64,000 bases of DNA from positions 78,368,001 through 78,432,000 of the forward strand of contig OX597816.1 of the NCBI GenBank assembly GCA_951406725.2, given 5' to 3'. Both the position numbers and the translations under genes were made by a program. Under the pieces are notes generated by a model. That model had not been told where the DNA came from. It made no database searches and saw only the letters and a program-made list of their open reading frames with translations. How positions within the stretch are numbered: the stretch's first letter is position 1; the number at the start of each line of letters is the position of its first letter. This document shows positions 12,776-26,399 of this stretch, one piece after another. Source of the stretch: Octopus vulgaris. Its lineage: Eukaryota.

Positions 12776-13821
12776 TACAAGGTGGTATCAGAAAGTTCTT
12801 GGACTAGTTCTGCAGCACACCAACAGTAGTGTGTAGAGTGAGAGCTATCAGTGATCTTCATGAGGCAGTGTGCTGAATGACATCACTATGTTTACTTCAC
12901 AAGTTGAGTAATTTGTGTTTTTGTGATCATCTGTGTGCTATAGTTGGCAATTTTTACCATGGACAGGAAGTTGGAGCAAAGGGCAAATGTGAAATTTTGC
13001 TTCAAACTTGGGAAGTTTGCTAGAGACATTGAGCAAGCTTCAGCAAGCTTACAGTGACAAGGCAATGCGTTGTAAGCAATGTTTTGAGTGGCATGGGCAC
13101 TTCAAAAGTAGAAGAATGTTTCTGGAAAATGTTGAGTGATCTGGAAGATCTGCCAAAAGTGTCACCCCTGGAAATGTGGAGAAAATTCTTCAGCTTGCAC
13201 ATGAGGATCATTGGAGGACAATCAATGATGTTTTGAAGTGTTTGATGGGGTACATTTGGCAAAAGTAACTAGATCTGTGGAGTGCAAAGATTTGGATTCT
13301 TCATAATGACAATGCACTCTGTCACTGAGCTCTCCTCACTCAACAGTTTCTCACCAAAAACAACACGGTATCACTTCCACACCGATTTATTCGACCAAAG
13401 GCGGTGCTCCAGCATGGCCACAGTTACATGACTGAAACAAGTAAAACAATAAAAAAAACTATGCCATTTTAATCCCAAGCAAGGCTGGGTATCTCTGCTA
13501 GTATTATAAACATAGTGAAAGTATTAATAGTGGAAGTTTTAAAAGTGAAACTATTATCACACATTACAATAGAGATGTTATTGTTTCACTTTTGACATGT
13601 AATATTGAAACAGTCTAAGAGATTGCTCCAGGCTCGCATTAGGCAAGAAGATGAACATTTTTTGGCCCATGGCACTCCAAGGACCCTAAGTAGTGTATGT
13701 GTAAAATTTGAATGAAATTGGTTGGATAGTTCTTGAGTTTTAGTGATGCACACATATATACACATTCTCAGTTTTATACATATAGATAACTAGTCTGGGG
13801 ACCTTTTGATACCATCTCATA
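12776..13821 (+). mobile_element. mariner transposon, internally deleted, with nested SINE fragment and MITE
   Basis: TIRs tacaaggtggtatcagaaagttcttggactag / ctagtctggggaccttttgataccatctcata. Motifs EQRANVKFCFKLGK and WILHNDNA. Confidence 0.8.
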
Positions 13822-14584
13822 TATTCCATTTCTAGCTTGATTTCTTCCAATAGATAACCTTTCTAATATCAACTGAGTACATTATTAAGACAAGAGCATG
13901 AAAGTGGTTGCCATATCCTTGACAAAACTAGATCTTCTCAATATCACCAAAAATCAGAAAGAAATGAAATACAGCACTATGTCATCTTTATAAGAAAAAT
14001 ATGGGAACTTCCAGAAGTGATACTGTGAAAGTTTAATTTAATTTAATTCACTTCAATATTTTTCTTTTTCACATTTCATTCCAGCATGAAGTGGTCATCT
14101 TAAAATGATTGAAACTGGTAGCATCATTGTGGTATACTAGCTAATGGTTTTTTACACTATATCTATATAGCCATAGTCTGGTGATTCAGTTCATTCCTGG
14201 TATATGATGTTGATAAGCCACAAAATATTGGTGTCTATCACTCCTGAATGGGATAAAGGGAAAGTTATCTCACTTATCATTGACTTTCAGGTGTTTTAAC
14301 ACATACCTTGAGTACATGCAGTCAATAACATTACAACACTAGCACTACTTCTAATCCATCCATCCATCCATCCATCCGGCCGGCCGGCCATGGGACTCAA
14401 ACCCATATCCCTCAAAGATTCTGGCTGAGTGCTTTGCCATTATACTGAACTACTTGCTGGCAAATTCATCCACTATAATTTAGCTTTATAGAACAACCAT
14501 GTGTGTATAAATGTAAGCAAATATTTGTTCTTGTATTAGAAGCATTGAAACATGGTATTGTACAATACAAATAAGAAAATATAT

Positions 14585-14684
14585 NNNNNNNNNNNNNNNN
14601 NNNNNNNNNNNNNNNNNNNNNNNNNNNNNNNNNNNNNNNNNNNNNNNNNNNNNNNNNNNNNNNNNNNNNNNNNNNNNNNNNNNN
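14585..14684. other. Assembly gap (run of ~100 N)
   Basis: Run of n characters. Confidence 0.99.
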
Positions 14685-15060
14685 GTCAAGGCGACACTGG
14701 CATCGGCCACATACAGATGGTGCTGTTTTAGATGTCACTGGCACAGGTGCCAGGGGAGGCTGGCAAGAGCCACGATCGGTTGGTGCTTTTTATGTGCCAC
14801 CAGCACAGAATCCATTCAAGGCGGCGCTGGTATCGGCCATGTACGGATGGTGCATTATACGTGTTGCCAGCACAGGTATCACAACTACAATTTCCATTTG
14901 ATTTTTTGATGTTGATGGTGATGTACTTGACTCAATAAGTCTCTTCAAGAACAGCAGGTCACTATGATCCAAGGTAAGTACAGCAGGCCGTCCTGTGATC
15001 CAAGGCACTTGGAAGGGCTGGGGCCTCTATGTGAAGCTGGTGCAGGAAACAGCCATGAAC
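14685..15060 (-). repeat. RTE-associated 3' region with ~58-bp minisatellite units
   Basis: Repeated ggtgctttt(t)atgtg.cac..gcac units, the same unit as at 21365-21780, 35065-35360 and 59400-59640. Confidence 0.6.
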
Positions 15061-15067
15061 TCACATT

Positions 15068-15099
<32 letters not shown>

Positions 15100-15103
<4 letters not shown>

Positions 15104-16800
15104 TAAGAAAGTTGGTTTGTGAAAGCACGTGGGTGAATATATAAAAAATAGTAAAGAGTGAAAAAACGACAGAAGGCTTAAATGTTAAAAAATATATATA
15201 TTTGCGTCAATATGTCTGAATATTAGAAAATTTTTAAAACTTTTTTTTTTTTTTTCCTTTATAATGACATAATTTTTAAAGAAAGACCGGTTTCGCATTT
15301 AGCTTTTCAAATTTCTTGTGACGTTATGTTTATGTTTAATAGAGTTATCCTTGTGTTTAAGCTCCGGAGAGTTCTAAATAAGGGAAGGTAGTGGGTGATT
15401 TCTTCCGGTGCAAGGGAGATAATCGCTTAAAAATTTTTTTCCTTTCCCTTAATGTGAATTTCTCTGTATCAGTATGTTCGGATGGTTGAGTCTGGGCTTG
15501 TACTTTTCAATGAAGAATGTTTCCTTGTTTAGTCTAATTTGTGTTGATGATCCGAAAGCACATTGGTAAAATGGAAAGATTAAAAATTGTGGTAGTAGTT
15601 GCTTTGCGCATTTCTCAATGTGCTCACTAAAAGGTGTCATTCTATATTCTGGGAATGCAATCTGTTGTCGATGCAGTGTGCATCTACGTCTGAGTGATAG
15701 TCCCGTGGAACCCACGTAGTCTTGGTGGCAGCCCGAGCATTTTATGACATAAATTATGTTTTCAGAGGCTCAAGTAAAGTTAGATTTGATCTTGAATTTC
15801 TGTCCCTCTTTAAAGAGGAATTCTGATCCTTCTAGCAGGTTAGGACATGTTGCACAGTTCGATCTACCACATTTTTTCACTTTTGCATCTGTAATTTCAG
15901 AAGACAATTTTGCCTTTGTGAGAATCTTTTTAAGTGATTTAGGCTGTTTGTAGCTTTTAATGATTTGGTGTATGTTTAGAATTTCCTTTAATTTTGGGTT
16001 TTTATGAAGTATTGGTAAATTCTGGGTGATGATGGTGAAGGCTTCTTTGTTTCTGGGGTTGTATGTAGATATGTAAGGTAGTATTTTCGGGGAAGGTGTG
16101 TTGTGTTGAACTTTTCTTAAAGTTTCTATGTTGATTTCTGTTGCACGTCTGATCCCATCCTCTATGAGTTGAGCTGGGTAATGTCTGTCAATTAGGGTGT
16201 TTTTGAGTTACTGCAGTCTAAAGTTCCTGGTATTTTGTTCTGACACTATTATGCAAATCCTTCTTGCAAGGTTGAAGGGGATGTTTGTTTTAGTGTGTCT
16301 TGGGTGGCATGAATTAAAGAGAAGGTATTGTTTGGCGTCTGTGGCTTTGTAGAAAATGTCTGTTTCTATTTTAAGGTTAATTTTTTTAATTAGTATATCC
16401 AAGAACGGGAGCTCCTTTTGGTTGTATTCCATTGTGAACTGTATATTTGGGTTTATGCTGTTCAATAGGTTTTTAAATTTTAGGAGTTTATCTGTGTTTT
16501 CATTCCAGAGAATAAAACAATCGTCTAAGAATCGTTCCCAGTTCTCTTTTATGTATTGAGAGAGGGGATTTCCAAAGATTGATAAAGATTCCTGGTAAAT
16601 GATTATTTCCATGTATCCCATTGTTAAGTTCGCAATGACTGGTGCTGCCCTTGTACCCATAGCAATTCCGGATTTTTGACAGTAAAATGTATTGTCAAAC
16701 ATGAAGTGGTTATTGTGTAGGATGAATTCAATTGATTTAGTAATGAATTCTTTACTGATCCTTTTTGGTATTTCTTCCGGAAATTGGTCTAACCAGAACT
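15100..16800 (-). mobile_element. Penelope-like retroelement (RT plus GIY-YIG endonuclease), 5'-truncated
   Basis: RT motifs QKSGIAMGTRAAPVIANLTMG, RFLDDCF, LPFLDI and YLLFNSCHPRHTK. GIY-YIG region NIIYVIKCSGCHQDYVGSTG. A few stops. Confidence 0.9.
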
Positions 16801-16999
16801 GTATATATATATGAATAATGTAGGAAAAGGAATTTCTCAATCGATCAGGTACACACCCTTTAGCATTACATGCATTTTCATATAGAGAATATATAACACA
16901 TGTATTCCACATCAGCATTGGTGTCATGATTGTAATATATTTATATATATTTATATAGAAATATACAAAATATATAATAATAGAAATTAATAATAGTTC

Positions 17000-18260
17000 A
17001 GTTATTGGGAATTCAGTCACTAGATTTGTGAGTATTCCATTTCAGATAATGCAAAATGAACATGAGTATTTATGATGGAAAACTCATAGTATTATATGCA
17101 CATAGTACTTGAGGATAAAACCAGTACAATAGCAGGGTCTATAATATACTACCTTAATTAGCCCTTATTTGAGTTCAAATTATAATTAGAAAGGAACTAC
17201 ATGCGTTTCTGTATTGGAAGATCAGAATATATATAATCATCAGATTTATAATCCTACCAACATCTTCAGGTTCATTTATCAAAATATTGTTCACTGTAAA
17301 ATTAAGCGTTAAATCAAAAATTAAAAATAAACTTTACAAAATAAGGAATTAAAAATTATAATTTATAAATTATAAATATAAATTAGCATACATATATCTA
17401 ACTTAGAATGCCAAATATATTATGTCAAATATAAAATTATAAATCAGAATGAAGAAGTCTGTGATTAAATGTAAAAAATAAAGATGCATATCCACTTGTG
17501 ATAGGGCCAAGATGTCATTCAAAATGGCAATTAAAGAAGTGAATATAGCAGAGCGTTATGGGAATTTATAGGTGATTAGTTCTAAGGGGGGTAATTCACT
17601 AAGCATAGTTTAAATTACCTACTTCTATTATTATATTCTATGTTTAGGGATATATATTTGTTATGATGTAATATTTTATAATATTTAATCAATTTATTTA
17701 TTCAATTATTTATATAATCTATTCAACTACTGTAGAAATCAAAAGTGTCAGTATTAAAATATTTAGAAAGCTTACATTTAGTTTTATGACAGCATTCATC
17801 TATATGTGGATTATGTCTTCCATCACTAGATGTTATATTATAGCTAGAGCTATTATTTATTGTGCTGTTATAATAATTATTTAATTTCTTATTATTTATT
17901 GAGGAGATGATATTACTTACATTCCTTGATGTTAAGTAGCCCACTCTTACGGTTTTATTGCAGAATAAGTCCTTTTTAAAAGACACTTTTACAATTTTTA
18001 GTATATCTTTAATAATATTAGTCATCACTTGAGCCCCTTATGGAAAAATTAACCATATAATATCCTTTTTTATTTTTATATTTTTCATATTATAATTATT
18101 AGACACTATCAACATGTTATCAGGAGGTGTATTATATCTCTGCTTATATAATGTATTATGTCTCTTATTATTGATCATATTCCCATTATCAATATTACTA
18201 CTATTATTTTTATTGTAATCATTAATAGTAAATATGTTGATTTTATCTTTATTTAGTTTC
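17000..18260 (-). mobile_element. Highly degenerate Penelope-like fragment
   Basis: KKDIIWLIFP and TVRVGYLTSRNVSNIISSINNKKL resemble the Penelope RT-endonuclease linker. Confidence 0.5.
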
Positions 18261-18264
18261 TTCT

Positions 18265-19165
18265 TAATAAGTAGGAAGGTAGGCAAACCACAAATCCCTT
18301 CAGGTAGATGGCTCTGCTTGATTTGTAGAAAAGGCATAGGTAGAAACTCTTTAAAATGTACCCAGTGTAAGCTATGGACACATAAGAGGTGCAGCAATAT
18401 TAAAGGAAGGCTAACTGGGAAGATAGTTTTTGTATGTGGCAGAGGTTCAGGAGCAATAAACACTGAAAATGTGCAGAGAACAACTTCTGCCACATTCCAG
18501 GGAGAAAAACTAGAAGTAGTTGATAGCTTCTGTTACCTAGGTGACCAAGTCAGTAGCGGGGGAGGGTGCGCTGAAAGTGTAGCTGCTAGAATAAGAATAA
18601 CCTGGGCAAAGTTCAGAGAGCTCTTACCTCTGCTGGTGACAAAGGGCCTCTTACTCAGAGTAAAAGGTAGACTGTATGATGCATGTGTATGAACAGCTAT
18701 GCTACATGTCAGTGAAACATGGGCCGTGACTGCTGAGGACATGTGTAAGCTCGCGAGGAATGAAGCCAGTATGCTCCGATGAATGTGTAATCTCAGTGTG
18801 CATACTCAACAGAGTGTAAGTACCTTGAGAGAAAAGTTGGACCTAAGAAGCATCAGATGTGATGTACAAGAGTGACGACTGTGCTGGTATGATCATATGG
18901 CGAGAATGGATGAGGATAGCTGTGTGAAAAAGTGCCACACCCTAGTGGTTGAGGGAACATGTGGAAGAGGTAGACCCAGAAAGACCTGGGATGAAATGGT
19001 GAAGTACGACCTTCGAAAATTAGGCCTCACCGATGCAATGACTAGTGACCAAAACCTTTGGAAATATGCTGTGCTTGAGAAGACCTGGCAAGCCAAGTGA
19101 GACCATAACCTCATGGCCTATGCCAGGTGTGTAACCAGCCCACTTATGTGTACCTTTCCTTCAGT
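18265..19165 (+). mobile_element. RTE-clade LINE 3' fragment with a PHD-like finger
   Basis: CLICRKG..CTQCKLWTHKRC..CGR, then EVVDSFCYLG, KGRLYDACV and GRGRPRKTW. Confidence 0.9.
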
Positions 19166-19289
19166 GTATACTAATGTATATATACATATATATATATACA
19201 CATTTCATACATACATATATATATATATATCATCATCATCATCGTTTAATGGAAAATGGACATTAAACGATGATGATGATATATATGTA

Positions 19290-21000
19290 TGAAGGAGTCA
19301 TACCTAATGACTGGTGTAGCAGTACCATAGTCAACTGCTACTAGGAGAAAGGTGATGCCTGAGGTAGAAATAATTACAGGTGTATCAAATTATTGGATCA
19401 GGTAATGAAAGTTACAGAGAAGGTCATAGCCCAACTAATTAGGGAGAGAGTTAGCCTATATGAGATGCAGTTTGGTTCTGTGCCAGGTAGAAGCACTACT
19501 GGTGCTATATTTCTGGTAAGGCAACTGCAGGAGAAATATCTAGCCAAAGATAAACCTTTGTACTTAGCTTTTGTTGGCTTGGAGAAAGCTTTTGACAGGG
19601 TCCCTTGATCCCTTATCTGGTGGTCAATGCAGAAACTAAGGATAGACAAGTGGCTAGTAAGAGCTGTACAAGCCCCCTACAGGGATGCTGTCAGTAAGGT
19701 GAGGGTTGGCAACAATTATAGTGAAGAATTCCAAGTAGAAGTAGATGTTCACCAAGGGTCAGTCCTCAGCCCCCTCTTATTCATTATAGTCCTCCAGGCA
19801 ATAACAGAGTAATTCAAAACAGGCTGCCCCTGGAATCTCATTTATGCTGATGACCTTGCTCTAATAGCCAAGTCACTCCAAGAACTAGAGATGAAGTTTA
19901 GAGTGTGGAAGCATGGTCTAGAATTGAAGGGCCTTAGGGTTAAGCTAGCAAAAACTAAAGTCTTAGTAAGTAGGAAGGCTCGATGAAGCTAGATGGCCTG
20001 CTCAATCTGTAGAAAAGGTGTGGGTAGAAACTCCATATGATGTACCCGGTGTAAGCTATGGACATATAAAAGGTGCAGCAATATCAAAGGAAAGTTAACC
20101 AGGAAAATAGTTTTTGTGTGTGGAAGATGCACAGGGGCAATAAGCACTGAAGATGTACAGAAAACAGATTCCATCACATGCCAGGGGAAGAAAGTAGAAG
20201 TAGTTAATAGCTTCTGCTACCTAGGCGACCAAATCTGTAGTTGGGGTGGTTGTTCTGAGAATGTAGTGTCTAGAGTAAGTATAGCCTGGACAAAGTTCAG
20301 GGAGCTCCTACCTCTGCTGGTAACTAAAGGCCTCTTGTTTAGGATGAAAGGTACACTGCATGATGCATGTGTGTGAACTACCATGCTACACAGCAGTGAA
20401 ACATGGGCCATGAATGCTGAGGACATGTGTAGGCTAGAAAGAAATGAAGCTAGTATGATCCACTGGATGTGTAATGTCAGTGTGCTTACACAACAGTGTG
20501 TAAGCGCCCTTAGAGAAAAGCTGGGCGTAAGAAGTATCAAATATGGTGTGCAAGAGATATGACTGCACTGGTCATGTGTTATGTATGAATGAGGACAGCT
20601 GTGTGAGGAAGTGCCACTCCCTAACTGTGGAAGGAACCTGTGGAAGAGGTAGATCCAGGAAGACCTGGGATGAGGTGGTGAAGCATGATCTTTGAACATT
20701 GGGCCTCACAGAGGCAATGACAGGAGACTAAGACCTTTGAAGATATGCTGTGATTGAGAAGACTCAGCAACTAAAGTGAACTCGCAGCCACGCATGTCCA
20801 GCCCTGTTAAGAATACCCCTGATGTGTTGGGCGATATGATATGCTTGAGAAGACCTGTTGAATCAAGTAAAACCAATATCGTAGCTGTGGCCTATGCCCC
20901 CTGACGGGCTCCCATGCCAGAGGCACGTAGAAAGCACCAACTAAATGTGGCTGATGCCAGTACCCCCTAACTGGCCCCCATGCCAGTGGCACATAAAAAA
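19290..21000 (+). mobile_element. RTE-clade LINE, degenerate, with a PHD-like finger
   Basis: Motifs QFGSVPGRSTTGAIF, LAFVGLEKAFDRVP, HQGSVLSPLLF, YADDL, CSIC/CTRC/CGRC and NSFCYLG. Confidence 0.9.
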
Positions 21001-21251
21001 GGTGATGCAGTATGACCGTTTCTAAGAACTGCATGAAGTTTGCTGGGGTCTATATTTCCAAAATTTATTTATGTTTCACAACTGAATGAATTTAATAGAA
21101 GCATCTAAGTATGAAACATCATAAAAATTGTTCAAACTGAAGTCTTTCTTAAGCAACACCATTTTCTCAAATGAATAAATAAAATTGAATATCAAATATT
21201 TATGAACTTTTGATTTACTGTTCGGTGACTTTTGGCCAACCTCTCTCTCTC

Positions 21252-21302
<51 letters not shown>

Positions 21303-21364
21303 ATATATATATATGTATATATATCTATATCTATACATATATATATATATATGTATAAGTACCA

Positions 21365-21780
21365 TCAGTTTGTGTCCGTTGCCAGCCTCGCCTGGCCCCC
21401 GTGCCGGTGACACGTAAAAGCACCATTCATTCGTGGCCGTTTGCCAGCTCTGTCTGGCCCCGGTGTCGGTGGCACGTAAAAGCACCATCCGTTCGTGTCC
21501 ATTGCCAGCCTCGCCTGGCCCCCGTGCTGGTGACACGTAAAAGCACCATCCGTTCGCGGCCGTTTGCCAGCCCTGTCTGGCACCTGTGCGGGTGGCACAT
21601 AAAAAGCACCCACTACACTCACGGAGTGGTTGGCGTTAGGAAGGGCATCCAGCTGTAGAAACACTGTCACATCTGACTGGGCCTGACGAAGCCTTCCAGC
21701 TTTACAGACCCCAGTTGAACCGTCCAACCCATGCTAGCATGGAAAGCGGACGCTAAATGATGATGATGATGATGATGATG
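21365..21780 (+). repeat. RTE-associated 3' element with four ~58-bp tandem units and a (GAT)n tail
   Basis: Units cgttgccagc....tggcccc.gtg..ggtg.cacgtaaaagcacca, ending gcatggaaagcggacgctaaatgatgatg. Confidence 0.7.
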
Positions 21781-21796
21781 TATATGTATATGCATA

Positions 21797-23221
21797 TATG
21801 AGAGAGTACCTAAAAGTAAGTGGAAACATTCTCTGTGGGACAAGCATGTTGTCATTCAGCTTCCAGCACTAGAAGTCACTTAATGCGACCATCAGGCATT
21901 AATCTGCTGACCAGCATTGTCAAGTGGTGTTGTAGTACCACGTGGTGTGTCTTTGTTTTGCAGTGCTTCTCCCCTGTTTGCTGATTTTTGAATGGCTGAA
22001 ATGAAGGGGAAGTATGGAATTGTTTTCTGCTGGGGAAAAAGGTGGCTGAAACAGTTCTCATACTTCAAACAGCTTACAAAGACACTGACATGAGCAAAAT
22101 AGATGTTTATGAGTGGTTTTCACACTTTAGGTCACTTGTTGTTTGAAGACCAGCCTTGTTCAGGGTGACCATCAACCTCCTGAATGAATGAAAACATCAC
22201 AAATATTCATGAAAACATCACGAAAATGAACTGATTTTGGAGGACTGTCACCAAACAATTGACGAACTTGTTGATATAACTGGTGTGTCCTGGAGCTCTT
22301 CCCAACAAATTTTGAATGAGGAATTGGAAATGAAAAGAGTTGCAGCGAAATTTGTGCCTCACATGCTCAAGGAAGATCAAAAGTAGTCATGACTGAATGC
22401 ATGTCATGAACTGAAAGAACAGCTGGAAATTGATCTGAACTGTTTTGCAAAGGTCAACACCGGTGACAAAAGCTGGTTCTATGGCCATGACTTGGAAACG
22501 AAGCAGCAATCAAGTCAATGAAAGCATTCAATGACACCTGCCCTCGAAAAGTATGTCAACTGAAGTCCAATGTCAAGTTGATGCTGATTTGTTTCATCGA
22601 TGTGAAAGGAATTGTCCACACAATATTTGTTCCTCCTGGTCAAACTATTAATCAGACATTTTACTTGGCAGTTCTGAAGTGTTTGTGAGACAAGGGTAAA
22701 AACTAATGTACATACACATAATTGCTCACTCACACACACATATATATCTCCACATATATGTGTGTGTGAGAACTCGTGTGTATGTGTGTGTGTTAAAATG
22801 GCTACTATTGGTTTCATTCTGAGAAAAATGCCCTGACCATTGGCAGAGTGGAGAGTGATAGTTTTATCATGATAATGCACCTTTGCACACTGCCTTGAGT
22901 ATGAGACAGTTTTTGGTAAAAAATGGCATGACTCCATTTACCCCCCTACTCACTTGAACTTGCTCCCTGCAACTTTTTTTTGTTACCACAAATGGAAAAA
23001 CGTTCTGCAGATGTGGAAGAGGCGAAGAAGAAAATGATGGAGGCATTAAAAGGCATAATTTTTCTAGAGTTCTAGGACTTCTTGAAACAGTGGAGAATGC
23101 ATCTGGGCCAATGCATTGCTTCAAATGGAGAATACTTTGAAGGCAATAAAAGTGTAAATATGCAAACTAAGTGAATTAAATAATACTGCAAAATTTTGGT
23201 TTCTTTTGGGTACCCCTCATA
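21797..23221 (+). mobile_element. mariner transposon, near full length, degenerate
   Basis: TIRs tatgagagagtacctaaaagt / ttcttttgggtacccctcata. Motifs KRVAAKFVPHML, TGDKSWFYGHD and FYHDNAPLHTA. Confidence 0.88.
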
Positions 23222-23488
23222 TGTGTATATATATATATGTGTGTGTGTGTGAGTAAATTAATGAAGGAACAAGATGAATACGACAGTGAGGCTAAAATTA
23301 TTTATTAAAAAAGGTACAATTTACATTGCAAAGAAATCCACTGCATGGTGGGTTATAAATTCTTATATGTGCATATGTGTGCCTTTACATACACATATAT
23401 ACATACATATATATATAAAGTTGATATTGTTTTAAATATATATGTAAAGTTAATACTGTTATATATATATATATAAAGTTGATAATGT

Positions 23489-23523
<35 letters not shown>

Positions 23524-23550
23524 ATATATATATATATATATATAAAGTTG

Positions 23551-23602
<52 letters not shown>

Positions 23603-24842
23603 GCATATATATATATATATAAAGTTGATAATGTTATATATATATATATATATAAAGTTAATATTGTTTTAAATATATCGATATTAACAATAATTGAACA
23701 AACACAATACATCTGTTGAGTATAGAATTTGCTATAAGTTTGTTAACAGTGTCATGGATGAGTTGTTACTGGTGGTGGTTTATTCGCATTTTTTGCAAAG
23801 CCATTTACCACCCCAAGTAAAAACTAATGTACATACACATATTTGCTCACTCACACACACATATATCTCCACATATGTGTGTGTGTGAGAACTCGTGTGT
23901 GTGTGTATACGTGTGTGTGTGTGTGTGCTTGCTTGCGTGTGTGTGTTAATATGGCTACTGTTGGTTTCATGCTGAGAGATTTTCCAGCAATTATCATGCT
24001 TGCCACATGGGATGTTGGTACATGTCTCCATCTTGGATGAGAATACATGAAACTACACAAGACTGTACAGGATTTGGGGATAAACAAATAAATATACAGA
24101 TCATGGGTGACAATTCTTAATTGTTGCTTCCCTTGCATTAACCCTGGCCATGTCCAAAATTATAAATATAAATATGAATACACACACATTCTGTATGGAT
24201 GTCCATATACATATACGAGTGTATTCATATCTACATTTATAAATTTGGATGTGCTAATGCAAGAGAAACAATAATTAGGAGTTGTCTCCCAAAATCCTGT
24301 ACACTCTCTATAGCTTTGTGAATTCTCATCCAAAATAAAAATAAGTATCAATATCCCATGTGACCAGCTTGATAATTAATGAGAAATCTTCTCTCATCTT
24401 GAAACCAATGGTAGCCTGTTAACTCACAATAAAGATTATTTATCCATCAATGTGGTGTTGAGCACTCATTCTCACTGTTCAATAGTAATGTATGTGTGTG
24501 TGTATACATATATTAATGAGCTGAAGCTCACACACACATATACAAATACATAATATATAATTGTATATGTGTGTGTTTGTGTGTGTGCATGTTTGTATAT
24601 ATGAGTGTGTCTGTGTGTGTGTATATATATATGTACACACATGCATATATATATATGTATAAAAATGTGTGTATACATTTATGAATATATATGTAGATTT
24701 GTATATTATATATTATGCATATTATATATACATGTAATATATTCATATTTATACACACACCCACACACATATTTGTATATATGTTATATATATATATGTT
24801 GCGTTGTGTGTGTATACATGCATATATATATAGACATGTGTA

Positions 24843-24900
<58 letters not shown>

Positions 24901-25244
24901 GTGTATATGTATATATGTATACATATATATGTATGCATGTATATGTGTGTGTGTGTTTTAATATTCAGAATGACATTGACATTGTTGACAATGATGTTAC
25001 AGCTACTTACAATTAGCTACGCTAACACTAATTATGGATCTAACTATACAAGGAAAGAACAACAGTTTTGACTAAGTAGAATAGTCCAGATTGTTATAGT
25101 TATCTTTTTGTTGTTGTTGCTGTAATTAATGAAGTTAATAGAAGAGATCATAAGATTGTAACTTGTCAGCATGTCGAATGTGTTGCTTCGCATGTGTGCC
25201 TGCCTGATATTTACCAGCAATGTATTCCTGATTGATAGTTTCCA

Positions 25245-25457
25245 TCAATGTTTACGAGTTGCATTTAGTGGCCTATAAACCAGCACAGGTATGGGAGAAT
25301 GATGCACCACAAAGTCACTGACACCTCCCAGGAGGGTCCGTCGTGTATGACCGCGCCCTTTACTTCCCATCACAATCATTGTGGCATGTTCCTGTTTTGC
25401 TATGTCAACGATTAGTGGTCCACTTTTTCCAGCTCCAGTTCGGAATTTACCTCTTAT
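25245..25457 (-). CDS. USP gene last coding exon: IRGKFRTGAGKSGPLIVDIAKQEHATMIVMGSKGRGHTRRTLLGGVSDFVVHHSPIPVLVYRPLNATRKH*
   Basis: Acceptor cttttattttacttcttcaaacttgtAG, then 70 codons and TGA. Carries the clear USP C-terminal signature IVMGSxG...RRTLLGxVSDFVVHHSPxPVLV. Confidence 0.93.
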   Translation of the reverse strand: MRGKFRTGAGKSGPLIVDIAKQEHATMIVMGSKGRGHTRRTLLGGVSDFVVHHSPIPVLVYRPLNATRKH

Positions 25458-26399
25458 CTACAAGTTTGAAGAAGTAAAATAAAAGTATTAATCATAAAAG
25501 AGATAAGGAGAAAGAAAAACAAGAAGAAAAGGGGATCAAATAAACATACCGATATATGACTATGTAATGATGACAATGTTGATGATGACAATAATGATGG
25601 TGATGATGATGACTATGATGATGTTGATGATAATTACGTTGCAGCATGATGTTTTCTCAAGAGAAAGAGGATGTGCCCATAACTTTTTCAAGCCCTTTGG
25701 AATGGGTGAGACTGATTTGGTTTATGTTCAACTTGAACAGCTGTAAGTTGACATCTGCAGGAAAAACGTAGTCAGGAATTTTAGAAGCTTGTCACTCTTA
25801 GGAGGGAGGATTAGGTACAGTGATTACAGCTGACAGAGGAGTGGGAAATACAGTGTGGGTAACAAAAAGAGGAGACACAGTTATGTCAGTTGGGTATGTG
25901 TGGAATTGAAATACAACTAGTTCTGACAGGTAGAGGCTATATTAGTAGTATTAAAGAACAATAGAACAAGTACAATGAGGACACAGTATATATATATATA
26001 TAGCTTAGAGGTTGTAGTGTGGTTGTGAATGAGTATTGCAAATTAGTCAGACTGTTTTCTCTTGGATGCAACCCAAAATATTGAACAATGTGTATCAGCA
26101 GTGCTCTCCAAGATATGGAAGTAGTTTTCCAATAAGAGGCAGAATAGGGTTTTGTAGAGTAAATAACTATTCAGACCTGGTGTATTTTTTTGGGGGGATC
26201 AAAGAGGAAAGTTAATCTTTGGAATGCAGCTTTTGCTATCATATGAAAGTGGGATTGCCAGGAAAAATCATTAGAAATTGTTGGTCACTTAACATTTGAG
26301 GTAATTTTGAGGGTTTAAATATAAAACCTAAGAGGGTGAGTTACAAGACAATTTGTTTTCTTCATAGAGATTGTGTATTAATACAGGGACTGTCATTGT

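Noticed and set aside
21365-21610. CRISPR-like repeat-spacer appearance
   Set aside because: Eukaryotic context, no cas genes, the 'spacers' are homologous to each other, and the array belongs to a retroposon 3' region.
23301-23306. AATAAA on the minus strand as the USP poly(A) signal
   Set aside because: Plausible (about 1.9-kb 3' UTR), but the hexamer is common in AT-rich DNA and cannot be supported without 3'-end data.
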